A stretch of DNA of 64,000 bases, taken from contig MU008220.1 of NCBI GenBank assembly GCA_010909165.1, positions 124,001-188,000 of the forward strand. The letters run 5' to 3'. The position numbers and the translations under genes are program-made. This DNA comes from Anthoceros angustus (lineage: Eukaryota; Plantae; Anthocerotophyta). Positions 36,701 to 52,300 of the stretch are shown piece after piece. The notes beneath the pieces are model-generated. The model made no database searches and had not been told where the DNA came from. It was given only the letters and a program-made list of their open reading frames with translations. Every line of letters starts with the position of its first letter. Positions within the stretch are counted from its first letter, which is position 1.

Positions 36701-39700
36701 TGAAAAGGAGCAACAAAGCTCCCTACCGTAAGCTTCCGATTGCGCCTACGATGTCGTATGCGGGAAGAGAAAACGCCCTACAAACTACAGAGGTTGAGGA
36801 GGATGCGTCGCCTAATGTCGCTGCTTTGTGGATGACTGCCGTAGAGAGGGCTTGTTGAAGAGCAATTGAAACTCGTTGTCTAAAGAATGCCGTGAAATAA
36901 GTTAGAGAGGGACAGCCCGCTCACGGCATGATAAGCCTTAGCGCAGGACTTGAGAAAAGTATCAAAGTCCCGAGCCAACGCCCATATGTTTCAAGGGTGA
37001 GCGGAATGAATTGGTGGCCCGCTTGCATCGCGCTATATTCCCCGACTTTGATAGCCGCCCGTCCGCAGCCCAACTGCATAGTTAGTGATAACCCGTGCAG
37101 TGATGGAGTCGCGTGAAGGCTCAGTTACCACCACATCCACCATCAAAACCTGGTTGCCGCGGACGAGGTACAAGTCAGCCCTGATTGACCGACCAATATG
37201 AAGAGTGTACCCCCGCTCCCTCCAGGCTATGTAGGCACGCAAACGTGACATCACAGATGGTGTCATGGGTGGAAATGCGATGATCCCATGGGGGTAACGA
37301 GCAAGGTGTATCCCGAGTCATCAAGGCGAGCCGCATTCGCAAGTAAGGAGAGAGGAAGCCACGGGCTGGAGCAGGCCAAGACGGAAGCGCATCGCAGTAG
37401 AGAAGGTGGTTGGTGCGATGTGAAAGCCTTGTATACATGGACGAGCCAATAGCCAGGCACCTGCGCCCTTCGCAGAGGAAGAGCAAAGCTGCAGTCTCGT
37501 GGACCTCGGAATGGAGGGGTCCATGAGGACGGACTAGAAGGCCTTACAAAGTTGCTTCTCAAGCAGGGATGCTTACAACCCCCTAAAGCCACGGGGGCAA
37601 CGTGCGGATGAGATAACCAGGGCGCCTAGCAAAAGAAGAGAAAAGTATACCAAAGGCCATCCGTGCATCCTCCGGCAAAGAGAAGTCCTCGATGTGGGAG
37701 AGGTCTTCCGCGAGAGCGTGGTCGAGGAACCTCCAAATGAAGTCAAGAGAAGCAAAGGGGACTCCCAAAATCCGCAGGCCGGGGGCTAGAGCAATATTCT
37801 CCCCTGCAGAGAATCGCAAAGTAGGGGGTGATCTCTGACAGAGACCAGACACGGCACTTGGACAGCTTGACCTTCAAGCCCACCAAAGAAAGCTCATGTG
37901 AGAAGAGCTCGAAGGCCTCCTTGACCTTGTCCCTCTAGAGGCTCGAGGATGTGAGAGTCATCTACCAGCGAAGGGAAGACATAGTCACATGCAGAGGAGG
38001 CAGCCCTGGATAGGGCCCTGTAGTGAGCGATTGCAAAGAGAGCACCTCCCAGAGGGTCGCCCTGCCTGATACCTGTGGACGACTCCAAGACAAAGATGGC
38101 AAATCCTGATGGTACGTTCTTGTGCTGATAGTAGAGATTGGAGGACCTCCCGTAGAAGCTCCTGACAAAAGGTATAAGGCTCCCCAAGACACCTCCAGCG
38201 TCCTTGAGTTCCTCGAAGATGACGCCTCTAGAGATAGTATTGAAGGCGTTTCTCCACGTCCACTTGTAAGACCATCCACTCTGGGTGGATATAGAGGCAT
38301 GCCATCACTCCAAACACCACGGACTCGCAACCCGTGAGCTCCTAGAGAAGGGACAGGCATTGCCGCATTATTTAGCCGAGCCGATGTTTTATGTTACATG
38401 AAGAGTACAAATGGTGGGAGCGCCTGTGTTGATTAGGAGGAGATTGGTGTTATAGTGGACAACCATATCGGGCTGGTTCAACGCCCATGGAAGTGGTTTT
38501 CTAGGTTGGAGGCCGATGGCACGGTCGAGCCACTGTTCTCGATGAGGCTTTCTTTGGGCGATATTGCGGAACTTCCACAACGCGATATGTATTTGGGGGC
38601 ATATAAAAACTTGTGCATGCAAAGAAGAAATGACGCGTTTGAATGGCGATATTACGGAGATCAAGAAAGGAATGTTCCTAGCGCCTTGCACTATAGACAC
38701 TCACAACAGGCCATTTTGGATTAAAAGATCATAGAAGTGAAGTTGGAATCATCGAAATCTCACTTCCTTGTTCGTTGGTATATGACCGAGCATACAAATG
38801 CTTATGAGGGAGATATGTGGAGGAAATATATAATTCAAGGAAGTGGAACCCAACATGGCTTCAAGCTAGGAACAAAGGAGTAAAACCTTCTATCCCAAAA
38901 ATATTCAACAGTCCATGTGAGCAAACGATAATCCTTTATTATGGATTTGTGTTGAATGCTCGAAAGCATTTACATGTTGTTGACAAGAAAGCGATCAGGA
39001 TAAGTTGAGTGAATTACGTGGTTCATACACCACTACTCAAAGTGCAGATCATGAAGATAGTGATGAAAATGGTGCTAACGACAAGCCCAGCCACAACGAA
39101 GGAGTGAACTCCGGAGATGAGTAAACTTGCTTGCATGGAGAAGGAATTGGAGGAGGCAATGGTTGCCGATACTCGAGATAAATGTAGGGATTCAACATCC
39201 AATTTAAATTATCTTGTAGGAGCCTTTGTTATGGTATGTAAGCGGGTGAAAGCTTTTGTCCATTGCCATCGCTTTGCAATAAAAACCATGTTTCCTTATA
39301 CGTGTTTTCAACACAACATTTAAATAATGTACGGGTTGGGGCCGATTAGCGATGTCCCAAGAATATGGAAAATGTGTTGGCCATAGCGGACACTTGACCA
39401 AGGATGACAAATATATATGCATGTTACCAGTACCCCAACCCTCTTGGATCGGTTGCTTGTGTTTGTTATGGTGCTTGTGGTACCGTGGGGACCGAATAGG
39501 GCAGCGGTAAACCTCCGGGACAAGACAGGCCGACCGTGCCCCGCCTCCACTAGCAGCCCGCCAAGTATACGTTGCTTAAAACCCAAAGGCGAGATGACCT
39601 TAACCCTTTGAAAACCCTAGACTTCAAAATGTATTTGCGAAGACTTTGGTTTTTGGCACTAACCATACTTTCCCACATTTGAGGCAAATCCGAGATAAGG

Positions 39701-40391
39701 GGATTGCTTTCCCGATGGTAAAGGTCAATGTGGTGGGTCTTACTTTGCCAAATCATATGGGTAAAGAATTGCGAACACCCTTCTACGGCGTGTACCCATG
39801 TTGAAAAAGTGGGGCAAGGTGAATGGGACACCCTTTTTTGTGGTACTTTCACTAAAAGGTGATATCCACGATTTAAGACCCATGTGTGGTTAACCCCTTT
39901 GGCACATGTTTAAGACAAAACCCTCATCATGTATATTCCCCTTGAAGGTTTACGGTGTTGGGGGCTCTTGTAGGACCAACAAAATCTCGCATGAACTCTA
40001 GGTGTAGCTCGTCCACAAACTCCTCCGCCTTGTTGCTCCACATTTGCCTTGACTTGCAAGGGGGTTGTGCATTTTGAGCCTTCTTTCCTGTTGCGCCCGA
40101 GCCATGGTACTGTCAACCACAAAGGAGAGAAAGGGAGAAGATGGAAAGAGCAACTCTTATCGATCGAGCGCAAGCTTGGCACCGCGACAAAGACAAATCA
40201 AGAGAGCAAAAGAGCTTAAGGTTGCATGCGGCGATGGCGGAGAGGAGAGGTGCACACAAATAGAAAGATGCCCAAGATGAGAATTGAAGGGTGCGTTCTT
40301 ATGCCTCGCATGTTGTCCTTGCCACCGTGCCTTAATTGTCGGGCCTTAGGTCCGGCAGACACCCCACCATCAGAGCGTGAACGGCCGGGCC
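30781..40391. repeat. Composite tandem unit copy 3 (9611 bp; ~1.2 kb internal duplication)
   Basis: Colinear with copy 1; the ~31870-33077 segment is repeated after junction caacttga at 33070-33077. Confidence 0.97.
36624..38351 (-). mobile_element. CRE-like non-LTR retrotransposon fragment, copy 3
   Basis: ORF 37894..38187: LIPFVRSFYGRSSNLYY..GIRQGDPLGGALFAIAHYRAL..FPSLVDDSHIL. Confidence 0.92.
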
Positions 40392-43300
40392 ACTCTAATC
40401 CTTTTGCTTATTATGCCTGTTATACAAAGTGCCATATCATCCACTTTACTCCATCCTTTCCTCGCACCGTGCCTTGTGGGGCCACTTTGATTCTCAACCA
40501 CCCAACCACCTTAACAAAAGGTGCAACTCAACGTGACTATTAAGGTGGGTGAGCAAAGTGGCCAAAGCAACGTGGGTCTCTTCTCCGCCTTCCGACTACC
40601 ATCCTTCTCCATTTCATCCTCCGCACCTTTGATCCAATCCTCCGCTTTTGGGGAATCTTGGCCGGCAATCCTTATTTTCCCATTCAAATCGTCTCAAAGA
40701 AAAGAAAATCACACACACAAGCGCCTTCCGGGTTATTAACATCCAATGCGGTCTCCACATACGCCCTTCTCATTTGTTGGCATCCTCACCAACCTAGGCA
40801 TAATACTTCTTCACGCCAACCATTCACCCGAATTGGTAACCACGTTCCATCCTATTGACATAATTGCACATAACCATTTTCAAATACCTCTAGGACGGTA
40901 TATGATTCCATCCATCGTAGGTGCAACTTCCCGAAAATGCATGAATCGCTATCATACAATAATGCGTGGTCACCCGGCTTTACCTACCGCCCGCAACCGC
41001 TTGTCATGCATCCTCTTTCTTTGTGTTTGTACCATGCCCATTTGGATCCTAGCTTCCTCCGATGGACGTCAAGGAGGGAGCTTACATCGGCTTCTTAGTT
41101 TGCCGCTCAATTGCTGGCACAGAACGCTTCACACCTTGTGCAGCAGCACGCATTTTGGCAGGTGTTTTCTCTTCCTTGGTGGCATAGTAGTGGTCATTTG
41201 ATATGTGAAATCGCGTCAATGCTGATGGATCAGTATGAGCCTCCTCCGCTTTGTTGTTCTCGGACTTTTGCACAAAGATCTTAGTTGCAGCATGGCTCTG
41301 CAAATGTTGAGCTTCACTTGCGTCAGGTATTTCGAATGCCATGTTTGGGTCGTTGAAGTCAAATATCAGCTTTGACCTACACACAGGCCTCGTGGCACGA
41401 GCGTCATTGTCCCATTGAACTGGTCCACCACTTGCATGATGCCAATTCGGATTCGCATAATGGGCCCGTAGCTCCACCCTTTCCTTTGTACAACGTTATT
41501 TACTCCATCAACTTGATCAAGCATCCTTGCTCGCATCGGATCTCACGACCATCTCGACTCTAATCGTAACATCCGAGGATGCCTAGGCACCTCTACACGC
41601 CTACCACATGGCTTGCTCAAAGGCTCAATCAAGATAGGCCTATATTGACTAGCAAGAGGTCTCAAGTTCTCCGTCCCATCCATCCTCAAGCATTGAGAGG
41701 CAAACCTTTCTCGAGCATTCATTATCTCCCACAAAATTTGGTCTTCCCAATCTTGCTGGTGCAATGCTTCAAAGTTGGCGGTGGCATGAGGTTCACCGCG
41801 GTGACAAATGCTCCCAATCGGATTTCATGGGCTCACAAGCAACGAACACTTCTTTCTTTGATCTTGGCTTGGGCTTCTTGTCATATCCAAAGTCATGGCA
41901 TAGAGGTTCGCCATCGCCCAGCCCATCGCATCTGCTTCCTCAACTTCATCCTCTGCACTCAAACCTTCTAAATCGGTATATTACCAAATACCAACATTAG
42001 CCAACTTTTGAAAATTTCCTCCTCATCGATTCCACTTCAAAACCATCTTCCACGCACGTTCCTCCTATCCGTGCAGAACCAATTTAAAGGGTGACCTCCA
42101 AAAGCATATCGCTGGAGTCGATACCGAGTACAACCAAATGAATCCAGAACATTTTTCATCGAATATGACCAGGTAGAAACCTTTAGAGTACGCTCTTTTG
42201 CATCCTGTTTTTCGGCTCCCAGCAGCCCAATACGGTTGATCCACACCAAACAATTCAGAAAATCGCAGAATGACTTGGCCATCTAGGTGATACAGGATAG
42301 ACGGATCCAGTTTTTGATTGACCTCTGCGGTAGAATGATCATCATTGGCCACACATAGATCCCGAAATACAACAGATCTGACTCTCAATATGATTGAATC
42401 AACGAATTCCTTCTCATCGAAAGACTAAGTAGTTTGCCAACCCATGGAACTGCTATATTAGTGCACTGGTTTGAATGAGCGCTTCCCCCCTAAACCGCAT
42501 TGACATTTTACGACTTGGCTTGGGCTCTAACTCATGAGTCCGGTCATCAAGATCATAATCATCTTCTTCAAGTATTGAGGTAAAGTGCACCAAAAGCTTC
42601 AACATAAAATTGTTGATCCCAAGGGGTATATGGAGCTCCGGTTCCGTGTCCTCAACTTCTTCTCGTATGTCCTCACAAATGGCGGCATCCTCACCCGTCG
42701 AGGAAACCTAGAGACAACGACCAAAATCATGAGCCGAGGCAACTTGATTAAGGCGGAAAGTGCACTGGTTTGAATGAGCGCTTCAGCCCTAAAGCATTGA
42801 CATTTTACGACTTGGCTTGGGCTCGCCGTCACGAGTCCGGTCATCGACATCATAATCATCTTCTTCAAGTATTGAGGTGCAGTGTGACCAAAGTCGCTTC
42901 AACATAAAATTGTTGATCCCAAGGGGTATATGGAGCTCGGTTCCGTGTCCTCAACTTCTTCTCGTATGTCCTCACAAATGGCGGCATCCTCACCCGTCGA
43001 GGAAACCTAGAGACAACGACCAAAATCATGAGCCGAGGCAACAGCGAAGGCGGAAAGTGCACTTGCAACACTAAGAGCTAACCATCGCACTTCCCAAGCT
43101 GCAGCTCGGAGCCCAGTAGGCCAAAGGAAGGTGAGAAGGTCATGATGCAGACATCCCACCAAGTTTACAGAATAGAGCTCGAGCGCCCAACTAGAGGAAG
43201 AAGAGAGCACTTACCACGCTCAAAGACAGAATGCTAGCGAGATGATAGACGGATCCAGCTTTTGATTGACCTCTGCGGTAGAATGATCATCATTGGCCAC

Positions 43301-46300
43301 ACATAGATCCCGAAATACAACAGATACGCTCTCAATATGATTGAATCAACGAATTCCTTCTCATCGAAAGACTTGGTAAGTAGTTTGCCAACCCATGGAA
43401 CTGCTATATTAGTGCACTGGTTTGAATGAGCGCTTCAGCCCTAAACCGCATTGACATTTTACGACTTGGCTTGGGCTCAACCGTCACGAGTCCGGTCATC
43501 GACATCATAATCATCTTCTTCAAGTATTGAGGTGCGTAGTGACCAAAGTCGCTTCAACATAAAATTGTTGATCCCAAGGGGTATATGGAGCTCGGTTCCG
43601 TGTCCTCAACTTCTTCTCGTATGTCCTCACAAATGGCGGCATCCTCACCCGTCGAGGAAACCTAGAGACAACGACCAAAATCATGAGCCGAGGCAACTTG
43701 AGGCGGAAAGTGCACTTGCAACACTAAGAGCTAACCATCGCACTTCCCAAGCTGCAGCTCGGAGCCCGGTAGGCCAAAGGAAGGTGAGAAGGTCATGATG
43801 CAGGACATCACGACCAAGTTTACAACAGAATAGAGCTCGAGCGCTCCAACTAGAGGAAGAAGAGAGCACTTACCACGTTCAAGACAGAATGCTAGCGAGA
43901 GCGATAGACGATCATTCTCATCCCGCAAGAGCGCCAACAACCACTTCATTCATTCACAACTACGCTGCATTTGCAAGCTCAAAAGGAACAGTTGCAACCT
44001 CGGAAGAAGCAAAAACATCAAAACAAAAGGCGAGGTCGGCACTTGGGAACCGCCACGCTTGGACAGACTGAAGAAGGTAATCGACATCGAGACCTCCATC
44101 GCCGAGCTTCCCAGACGTAAACCCGTTCAAGTGCCCGCCATACTCCTCTTCACCTTCGTCCTCCCTCTTTGGCCAAACGGTGGGCCCATAAAGCCTCGAA
44201 GCCGTGATCGCCGCACTCTCTTACTTGGTTTGCCTGCACTTATTCCGCTTCACCAGCCCAGCCGTAGTCTCTTGTTCCACCACTTGGGTGGCCTGCATCA
44301 GATCACCAGCGGTGGTGGTGTGCATGATAATTTCTCGCTCCTCAACGATAAGATGCCAATTGTACATGGAGGGGCGGGCATTGCATTCGATTAGGATCTT
44401 GAGAATCAACAAGACCCCGGTGATACTCGATGAACTGCTATGGGCCCTAAGATTGAGGCCCCATATGGAGTCTATAGGGACCATGGGCAATTATCTCTTC
44501 ATGATTATCGCTCCCCACTATGACTAGTCTTTGAACATGATTCATGTAACCCAGAACTCAAAACAATTTGAAGATTAACCATAATATTTTAGTATGATGA
44601 TGCTATTAAATAAGGATGAAATATTTAAAATAATATGTTATAAATTCATTCCAAGATATAACTTGCACGGATTCTACTTTAATTTGTATATGTTATTAAT
44701 TACCATGAGAAAAAGTCGTCACGTTTGTCTCCGTGAAAAGACTTTGAGGTGTTCGAGTTTTGTTCGCCACAAATTTAAAGTCAAGAGCAATGTCCGCAAT
44801 ACAATTAGGCCAAAATCATGCAAGTAAGGATAGGTAGATAGATAGATAGATAAATAAATAGAATATTTTACTACATTACGGTCTCGAACAAGGAAACTAA
44901 TGCGCCTCGCATGAGGAATATATGTATGTAAACAAGAATGCACATGTCGTCATTCATAAGGTAGAAATAAAAAAGAATGGAAAAATGGGAAGAGATCTTA
45001 CCAGATCGATTGGTCTACCCTTTTATTCAACCAACTTCGACTCAGACACAGAGACTCTTTCTTTCATCTTGCTCAAGACTCTCGATAAGGTTTTCATGAA
45101 TCATTCATCTAGCTCGAGGCTTTCAATAAGTTATGCCACACGTTGTTCCCATAGATGTTATTTTTAAAATACGAGATGGGAGATAAAAGGAAGAACTTTT
45201 ATGTAGACTTGAAAAGTGAGATAGTAGACCCTCTAGAAAGAAATTCATGTCTTGCGTAAATAGGGAGAAGATATAAGACAATTTATTGACAAATAACAAG
45301 CTAGGCTAGATAGATCAAAGAAGAAGAAAAAAAGGTGGAGGAGGAGGAGAAGAAATGTTTTATAGTTCTATTGTTCTATACTTTATAGAAGTGAACTTTA
45401 GATTAAATTTGGGTTTATATAACCTCAAACAGACAAAAAACGATTACCTAAAAAAGTAGTCAAAACTTAAAATTCAATTGAAATATATATGGAAAGTGGA
45501 AAGAACTAAATAGAAAGAGATCCGCCTCATTACAATAGTAGTTGTTGAAATCTATTTCTTCTTTGTCACTCCATGGAAATCCACTTAATGTCTATTTGTG
45601 AACTAGAGAGAGATACACCTATGGACGAAGTTTAGAAGTATTAAAAGAAGATATATGATTATATAAAATAATGCAAATTCGCAGATTTTGGATAATACAT
45701 GAACTTAGAACTACTTAAGGTCTATATAATAACGGGAGACTTTATAAAGATGCAAAAGAAATATTTTATAGTTCTATATTTTATAGTAGTGAACTTTAGA
45801 TTAAAATTGGGTTTATATAACCTCAAACAGAGAGAAAGGGGTACATAAATAAATAGAATATTTTAGTATGATGATGCTATTAAATAAGGATGAAATATTT
45901 TATAGTTCTATATTTTATAGTAGTGAACTTTAGATTAAAATTGGGTTTATATAGACCCAAACAGAGAAAGGTACATAAATAAAAGTGGTCAAAACTTGAA
46001 ATTCAATTGAAAGACATATGGAAAGTGAAAAGAATCAAAGAGAAAGAGATCCGCCTCATTATAGTAGTTGTTAAAATCTATTTCTTCCGTGTCACCCATG
46101 GAAATCAACTCAATATCTATTCTTGAACCAAGAGAGAGAGATACACCTATGGACGAAGTTTAGAAGTATTAAAAGAAGATATAGAAAAACTAAATTTTTA
46201 TTGAGGGCAAAACATTGCCGGAAAAAGCCCATCCAAAGAAAGGACAACCAAGGGGACCTAAGGATCGAGGTGAAAGGAGCAACAAAGCTCCCTACCGTAA

Positions 46301-49300
46301 GCTTCGATTGCGCCTACGATGTCGTGATGGAAGAGAAAACGCCCTACAAACTACGGAGGTTGAGGAGGATGCGCCGCCTAATGTCGCCGCTTTGTGGATG
46401 ACCGAGAGAGGGCTTGTTGAAGAGCAATTGAAACTCGTTGTCTAAAGAATGCCGTGAAATAAGTTAGAGAGGGACAGCCTCGTAGGCATGATAAGCCTTA
46501 GCGCAGGACTTGAGAAAAGTATCAAAGTCCCGAGCCAACGCCCATATGTTTCAAGGGTGAGCGGAATGAATTGGTGGCCCGCTTGCATCGCGCTATATTC
46601 CCTGACTTTGATAGCCGCCGCTCCGGCCGCAGCCCAACTTGCATGGTTAGTGATAACCCGTGCAGTGATGGAGTCGCGTGAAGGCTCAGTTACCACCACA
46701 TCCACCATCAAAACCTCGTTGCCGCGGACGAGGTACAAGTCACCGATTGACCGACCAAGATGAAGAGTGTACCCCGCTCCTCCAGGCTATGTAGGCACGC
46801 AAACGTGATATCACAGATGGTGTCATGGGTGGAAATGCGATGATCCCATGGGGGTAACGAGCAAGGTGTATCCCGAGTCATCAAGGCGAGCCGCATTCGC
46901 AAGTAAGGAGAGAGGAAGCCACGGGCTGGAGCAGCCAAGACGGAAGCGCATCGCAGAGAGAAGGTGGTTGGTGCGATGTGAAAGCCTTGTATACATGGAC
47001 GAGCCAATAGCTGTGCACTGCGCCGTAGAGGAAGAGCAAAGCGCACTCTCGTGGACCTCGGAATGGAGGGGTCCATGAGGACGGACTAGAAGGCCTTACA
47101 AAGTTGCTTCTCGCGGGGATGCTTACAACCAAGGGGACCTAAGGATCGAGGTGAAAGGAGCAACAAAGCTCCCTACCGTAAGCTTCGATTGCGCCTACGA
47201 TGTCGTATGGGAAGAGAAAACGCCCTACAAACTACGGAGGTTGAGGAGGATGCCTAATGTCGCCGCTTTGTGGATGACCGAGAGAGGGCTTGTTGAAGAG
47301 CAATTGAAACTCGTTGTCTAAAGAATGCCGTGAAATAAGTTAGAGAGGGACAGCCCTGCGCACGGGGCATGATAAGCCTTAGCGCAGACTTGAGAAAAGT
47401 ATCAAAGTCCCGAGCCAACGCCCATATGTTTCAAGGGTGAGGAATGAATTGGTGGCCCGCTTGCATCGCGCTATATTCGACTTTGATAGCCGCCGCCGCA
47501 GCCCAACTTGCATAGTTAGTGATAACCCGTGCGGATGGAGTCGCGTGAAGGCTCGATTACCACCACATCCACCATCAAAACCGTTGCCGCGGACGAGGTA
47601 CAAGTCACCGATTGACCGACCAAGATGAAGAGTGTACCCCGCTCCTCCAGCTATGTAGGCACGCAAACGTGACATCACAGATGGTGTCATGGGTGGAAAT
47701 GCGATGATCCCATGGGGGTAACGAGCAAGGTGTATCCCGAGTCATCAAGGCGAGCCGCATTCGCAAGTAAGGAGAGAGGAAGCCACGGGCTGGAGCAGCC
47801 AAGGCAGCGCATCGCAGAGAGAAGGTGGTTGGTGCGATGTGAAAGCCTTGTATACATGGACGAGCCAATAGCTGTGCACTGCGCCGTAGAGGAAGAGCAA
47901 AGCGCACTCTCGTGGACCTCGGAATGGAGGGGTCCATGAGGACGGACTAGAAGGCCTTACAAAGTTGCTTCTCGCGGGGATGCTTACAAGCCACGGGCAA
48001 CGTGCGGATGAGATAACTGTGGCGCCTAGCAAAAGAAGAGAAAGAGATCCGCCTCATTACGATAGTAGTTGTTAAAATCTATTTCTTCCGTGTCACCCAT
48101 GGAAATCAACTCAATATCTATTCTTGAACCGAGAGAGAGATACACCTATGGACTAAGTTTAGAAGTATTAAAAGAAGATATAGAAAAACTAAATTTTTAT
48201 TGAGGGCAAAACATTCTGGAAAAAGCCCATCCAAAGAAAGGACAACCAAGGGGACCTAAGGATCGAGGTGAAAGGAGCAACAAAGCTCCCTACCGTAAGC
48301 TCCGATTGCGCCTACGATGTCGTGATGGAAGAGAAAACGCCCTACAAACTACGGAGGTTGAGGAGGATGCGTCGCCTAATGTCGCCGCTTTGTGGATGAC
48401 CGAGAGAGGGCTTGTTGAAGAGCAATTGAAACTCGTTGTCTAAAGAATGCCGTGAAATAAGTTAGAGAGGGACAGCCGCTCGTGCCTACGGGCATGATAA
48501 GCCTTAGCGCAGACTTGAGAAAAGTATCAAAGTCCCGAGCCAACGCCCATATGTTTCAAGGGTGAGCGGAATGAATTGGTGGCCCGCTTGCATCGCGCTA
48601 TATTCCCCGACTTTGATAGCCGCCGCCGCAGCCCAACTGCATAGTTAGTGATAACCCGTGCGGATGGAGTCGCGTGAAGGCTCGATTACCACATCCACCA
48701 TCAAAACCGTTGCCGCGGACGAGGTACAAGTCACCGATTGACCGACCAAGATGAAGAGTGTACCGCTCCTCCGGGCTATGTAGGCACGCAAACGTGACAT
48801 CACAGATGGTGTCATGGGTGGAAATGCGATGATCCCATGGGGGTAACGAGCAAGGTGTATCCCGAGTCATCAAGGCGAGCCGCATTCGCAAGTAAGGAGA
48901 GAGGAAGCCACGGGCTGGAGCAGCCAAGACGGAAGCGCATCGCAGAGAGAAGGTGGTTGGTGCGATGTGAAAGCCTTGTATACATGGACGAGCCAATAGC
49001 TGTGCACTGCGCCGTAGAGGAAGAGCAAAGCGCACTCTCGTGGACCTCGGAATGGAGGGGTCCATGAGGACGGACTAGAAGGCCTTACAAAGTTGCTTCT
49101 CGCGGGGATGCTTACAACCAAGGGGACCTAAGGATCGAGGTGAAAAGGAGCAACAAAGCTCCCTACCGTAAGCTTCGATTGCGCCTACGATGTCGCGGGA
49201 AGAGAAAACGCCCTACAAACTACGGAGGTTGAGGAGGATCGTCGCCTAATGTCGCCGCTTTGTGGATGACCGAGAGAGGGCTTGTTGAAGAGCAATTGAA

Positions 49301-52300
49301 ACTCGTTGTCTAAAGAATGCCGTGAAATAAGTTAGAGAGGGACAGCCCGCTCACGGGGCATGATAAGCCTTAGCGCAGACTTGAGAAAAGTATCAAAGTC
49401 CCGAGCCAACGCCCATATGTTTCAAGGGTGAGCGGAATGAATTGGTGGCCCGCTTGCATCGCGCTATATTCTCGACTTTGATAGCCGCCGCCGCAGCCCA
49501 ACTGCATAGTTAGTGATAACCCGTGCGGATGGAGTCGCGTGAAGGCTCGATTACCACCACATCCACCATCAAAACGTTGCCGCGGACGAGGTACAAGTCA
49601 CCGATTGACCGACCAAGATGAAGAGTGTACCCCGCTCCCTCCAGGCTATGTAGGCACGCAAACGTGACATCACAGATGGTGTCATGGGTGGAAATGCGAT
49701 GATCCCATGGGGGTAACGAGCAAGGTGTATCCCGGAGTCATCAAGGCGAGCCGCATTCGCAAGTAAGGAGAGAGGAAGCCACGGCCGGAGCAGCCAAGAC
49801 AAGCGCATCGCAGAGAGAAGGTGGTTGCGATGTGAAAGCCTTGTATACATGGACGAGCCAATAGCTGTGCACTGCGCCTTCGTAGAGGAAGAGCAAAGCA
49901 CTCGTGGACCTCGGAATGGAGGGGTCCATGAGGACGGACTAGAAGGCCTTACAAAGTTGCTTCTCAGGATGCTTACAACCCCTCAAGCCACGGGGCAACG
50001 TGCGGATGAGATAACTGTGGCGCCTAGCAAAAGAAGAGAAAGAGATCCGCCTCATTACGATAGTAGTTGTTAAAATCTATTTCTTCCGTGTCACCCATGG
50101 AAATCAACTCAATATCTATTCTTGAACCGAGAGAGAGATACACCTATGGACGAAGTTTAGAAGTATTAAAAGAAGATATAGAAAAACTAAATTTTTATTG
50201 AGGGCAAAACATTGGAAAAAGCCCATCCAAAGAAAGGACAACCAAGGGGACCTAAGGATCGAGGTGAAAAGGAGCAACAAAGCTCCCTACCGTAAGCTCC
50301 GATTGCGCCTACGATGTCGTGCGGGAAGAGAAAACGCCCTACAAACTACGGAGGTTGAGGAGGATCGTCGCCTAATGTCGCCGCTTTGTGGATGACCGAG
50401 AGAGGGCTTGTTGAAGAGCAATTGAAACTCGTTGTCTAAAGAATGCCGTGAAATAAGTTAGAGAGGGACAGCCCGCTCCGTGCCTACGGGCATGATAAGC
50501 CTTAGCGCAGACTTGAGAAAAGTATCAAAGTCCCGAGCCAACGCCCATATGTTTCAAGGGTGAGCGGAATGAATTGGTGGCCCGCTTGCATCGCGCTATA
50601 TTCGACTTTGATAGCCGCCGCCGCAGCCCAACTGCATAGTTAGTGATAACCCGTGCGGATGGAGTCGCGTGAAGGCTCGATTACCACCACATCCACCATC
50701 AAAACCCGTTGCCGCGGACGAGGTACAAGTCACCGATTGACCGACCAAGATGAAGAGTGTACCCCGCTCCCTCCAGGCTATGTAGGCACGCAAACGTGAC
50801 ATCAGATGGTGTCATGGGTGGAAATGCGATGATCCCATGGGGGTAACGAGCAAGGTGTATCCCGGAGTCATCAAGGCGAGCCGCATTCGCAAGTAAGGAG
50901 AGAGGAAGCCACGGGCTGGAGCAGCCAAGGCAGCGCATCGCAGAGAGAAGGTGGTTGGTGCGATGTGAAAGCCTTGTATACATGGACGAGCCAATAGCTG
51001 TGCACTGCGCCTTCAGAGAGGAAGAGCAAAGCGCACTCGTGGACCTCGGAATGGAGGGGTCCATGAGGACGGACTAGAAGGCCTTACAAAGTTGCTTCTC
51101 GCGGGGATGCTTACAACCCCTCAAGCCACGGGGCAACGTGCGGATGAGATAACCAGGCGCCTAGCAAAAGAAGAGAAAAGTATACCAAAGGCCATCCGCA
51201 TCCTCCGCAAAGAGAAGTCCTCGATGTGGGAGAGGTCTTCCATGAGCCCGGACGAGGAACCTCCAAATGAAGTCAAGAGAAGCAAAGGGACTCCCAAAAC
51301 TGCAGTCGGGCTAGAGCAATATTCTCCCCGCAGAATCAAAGAGAAAGAGATCCGCCTCATTACGATAGTAGTTGTTAAAATCTATTTCTTCCGTGTCACC
51401 CATGGAAATCAACTCAATATCTATTCTTGAACCGAGAGAGAGAGATACACCTATGGACGAAGTTTAGAAGTATTAAAAGAAGATATAGAAAAACTAAATT
51501 TTTATTGAGGGCAAAACATTCGGAAAAAGCCCATCCAAAGAAAGGACAACCAAGGGGACCTAAGGATCGAGGTGAAAAGGAGCAACAAAGCTCCCTACCG
51601 TAAGCTCGATTGCGCCTACGATGTCGTATGGGAAGAGAAAACGCCCTACAAACTACGGAGGTTGAGGAGGATGCGTCGCCTAATGTCGCTTTGTGGATGA
51701 CCGAGAGAGGGCTTGTTGAAGAGCAATTGAAACTCGTTGTCTAAAGAATGCCGTGAAATAAGTTAGAGAGGGACAGCCCGCTCCGTGCCTACGGGCATGA
51801 TAAGCCTTAGACTTGAGAAAAGTATCAAAGTCCCGAGCCAACGCCCATGTGTTTCAAGGGTGAGCGGAATGAATTGGTGGCCCGCTTGCATCGCGCTATA
51901 TTCGACTTTGATAGCCGCCGCCGCAGCCCAACTGCATAGTTAGTGATAACCCGTGCGGTGATGGAGTCGCGTGAAGGCTCGATTACCACCACATCCACCA
52001 TCAAAACGTTGCCGCGGACGAGGTACAAGTCACCGATTGACCGACCAAGATGAAGAGTGTACCCCGCTCCCTCCAGCTATGTAGGCACGCAAACGTGACA
52101 TCACAGATGGTGTCATGGGTGGAAATGCGATGATCCCATGGGGGTAACGAGCAAGGTGTATCCCGAGTCATCAAGGCGAGCCGCATTCGCAAGTAAGGAG
52201 AGAGGAAGCCACGGGCTGGAGCAGCCAAGGCAGGCGCATCAGAGAAGGTGGTTGGTGCGATGTGAAAGCCTTGTATACATGGACGAGCCAATAGCTGTGC

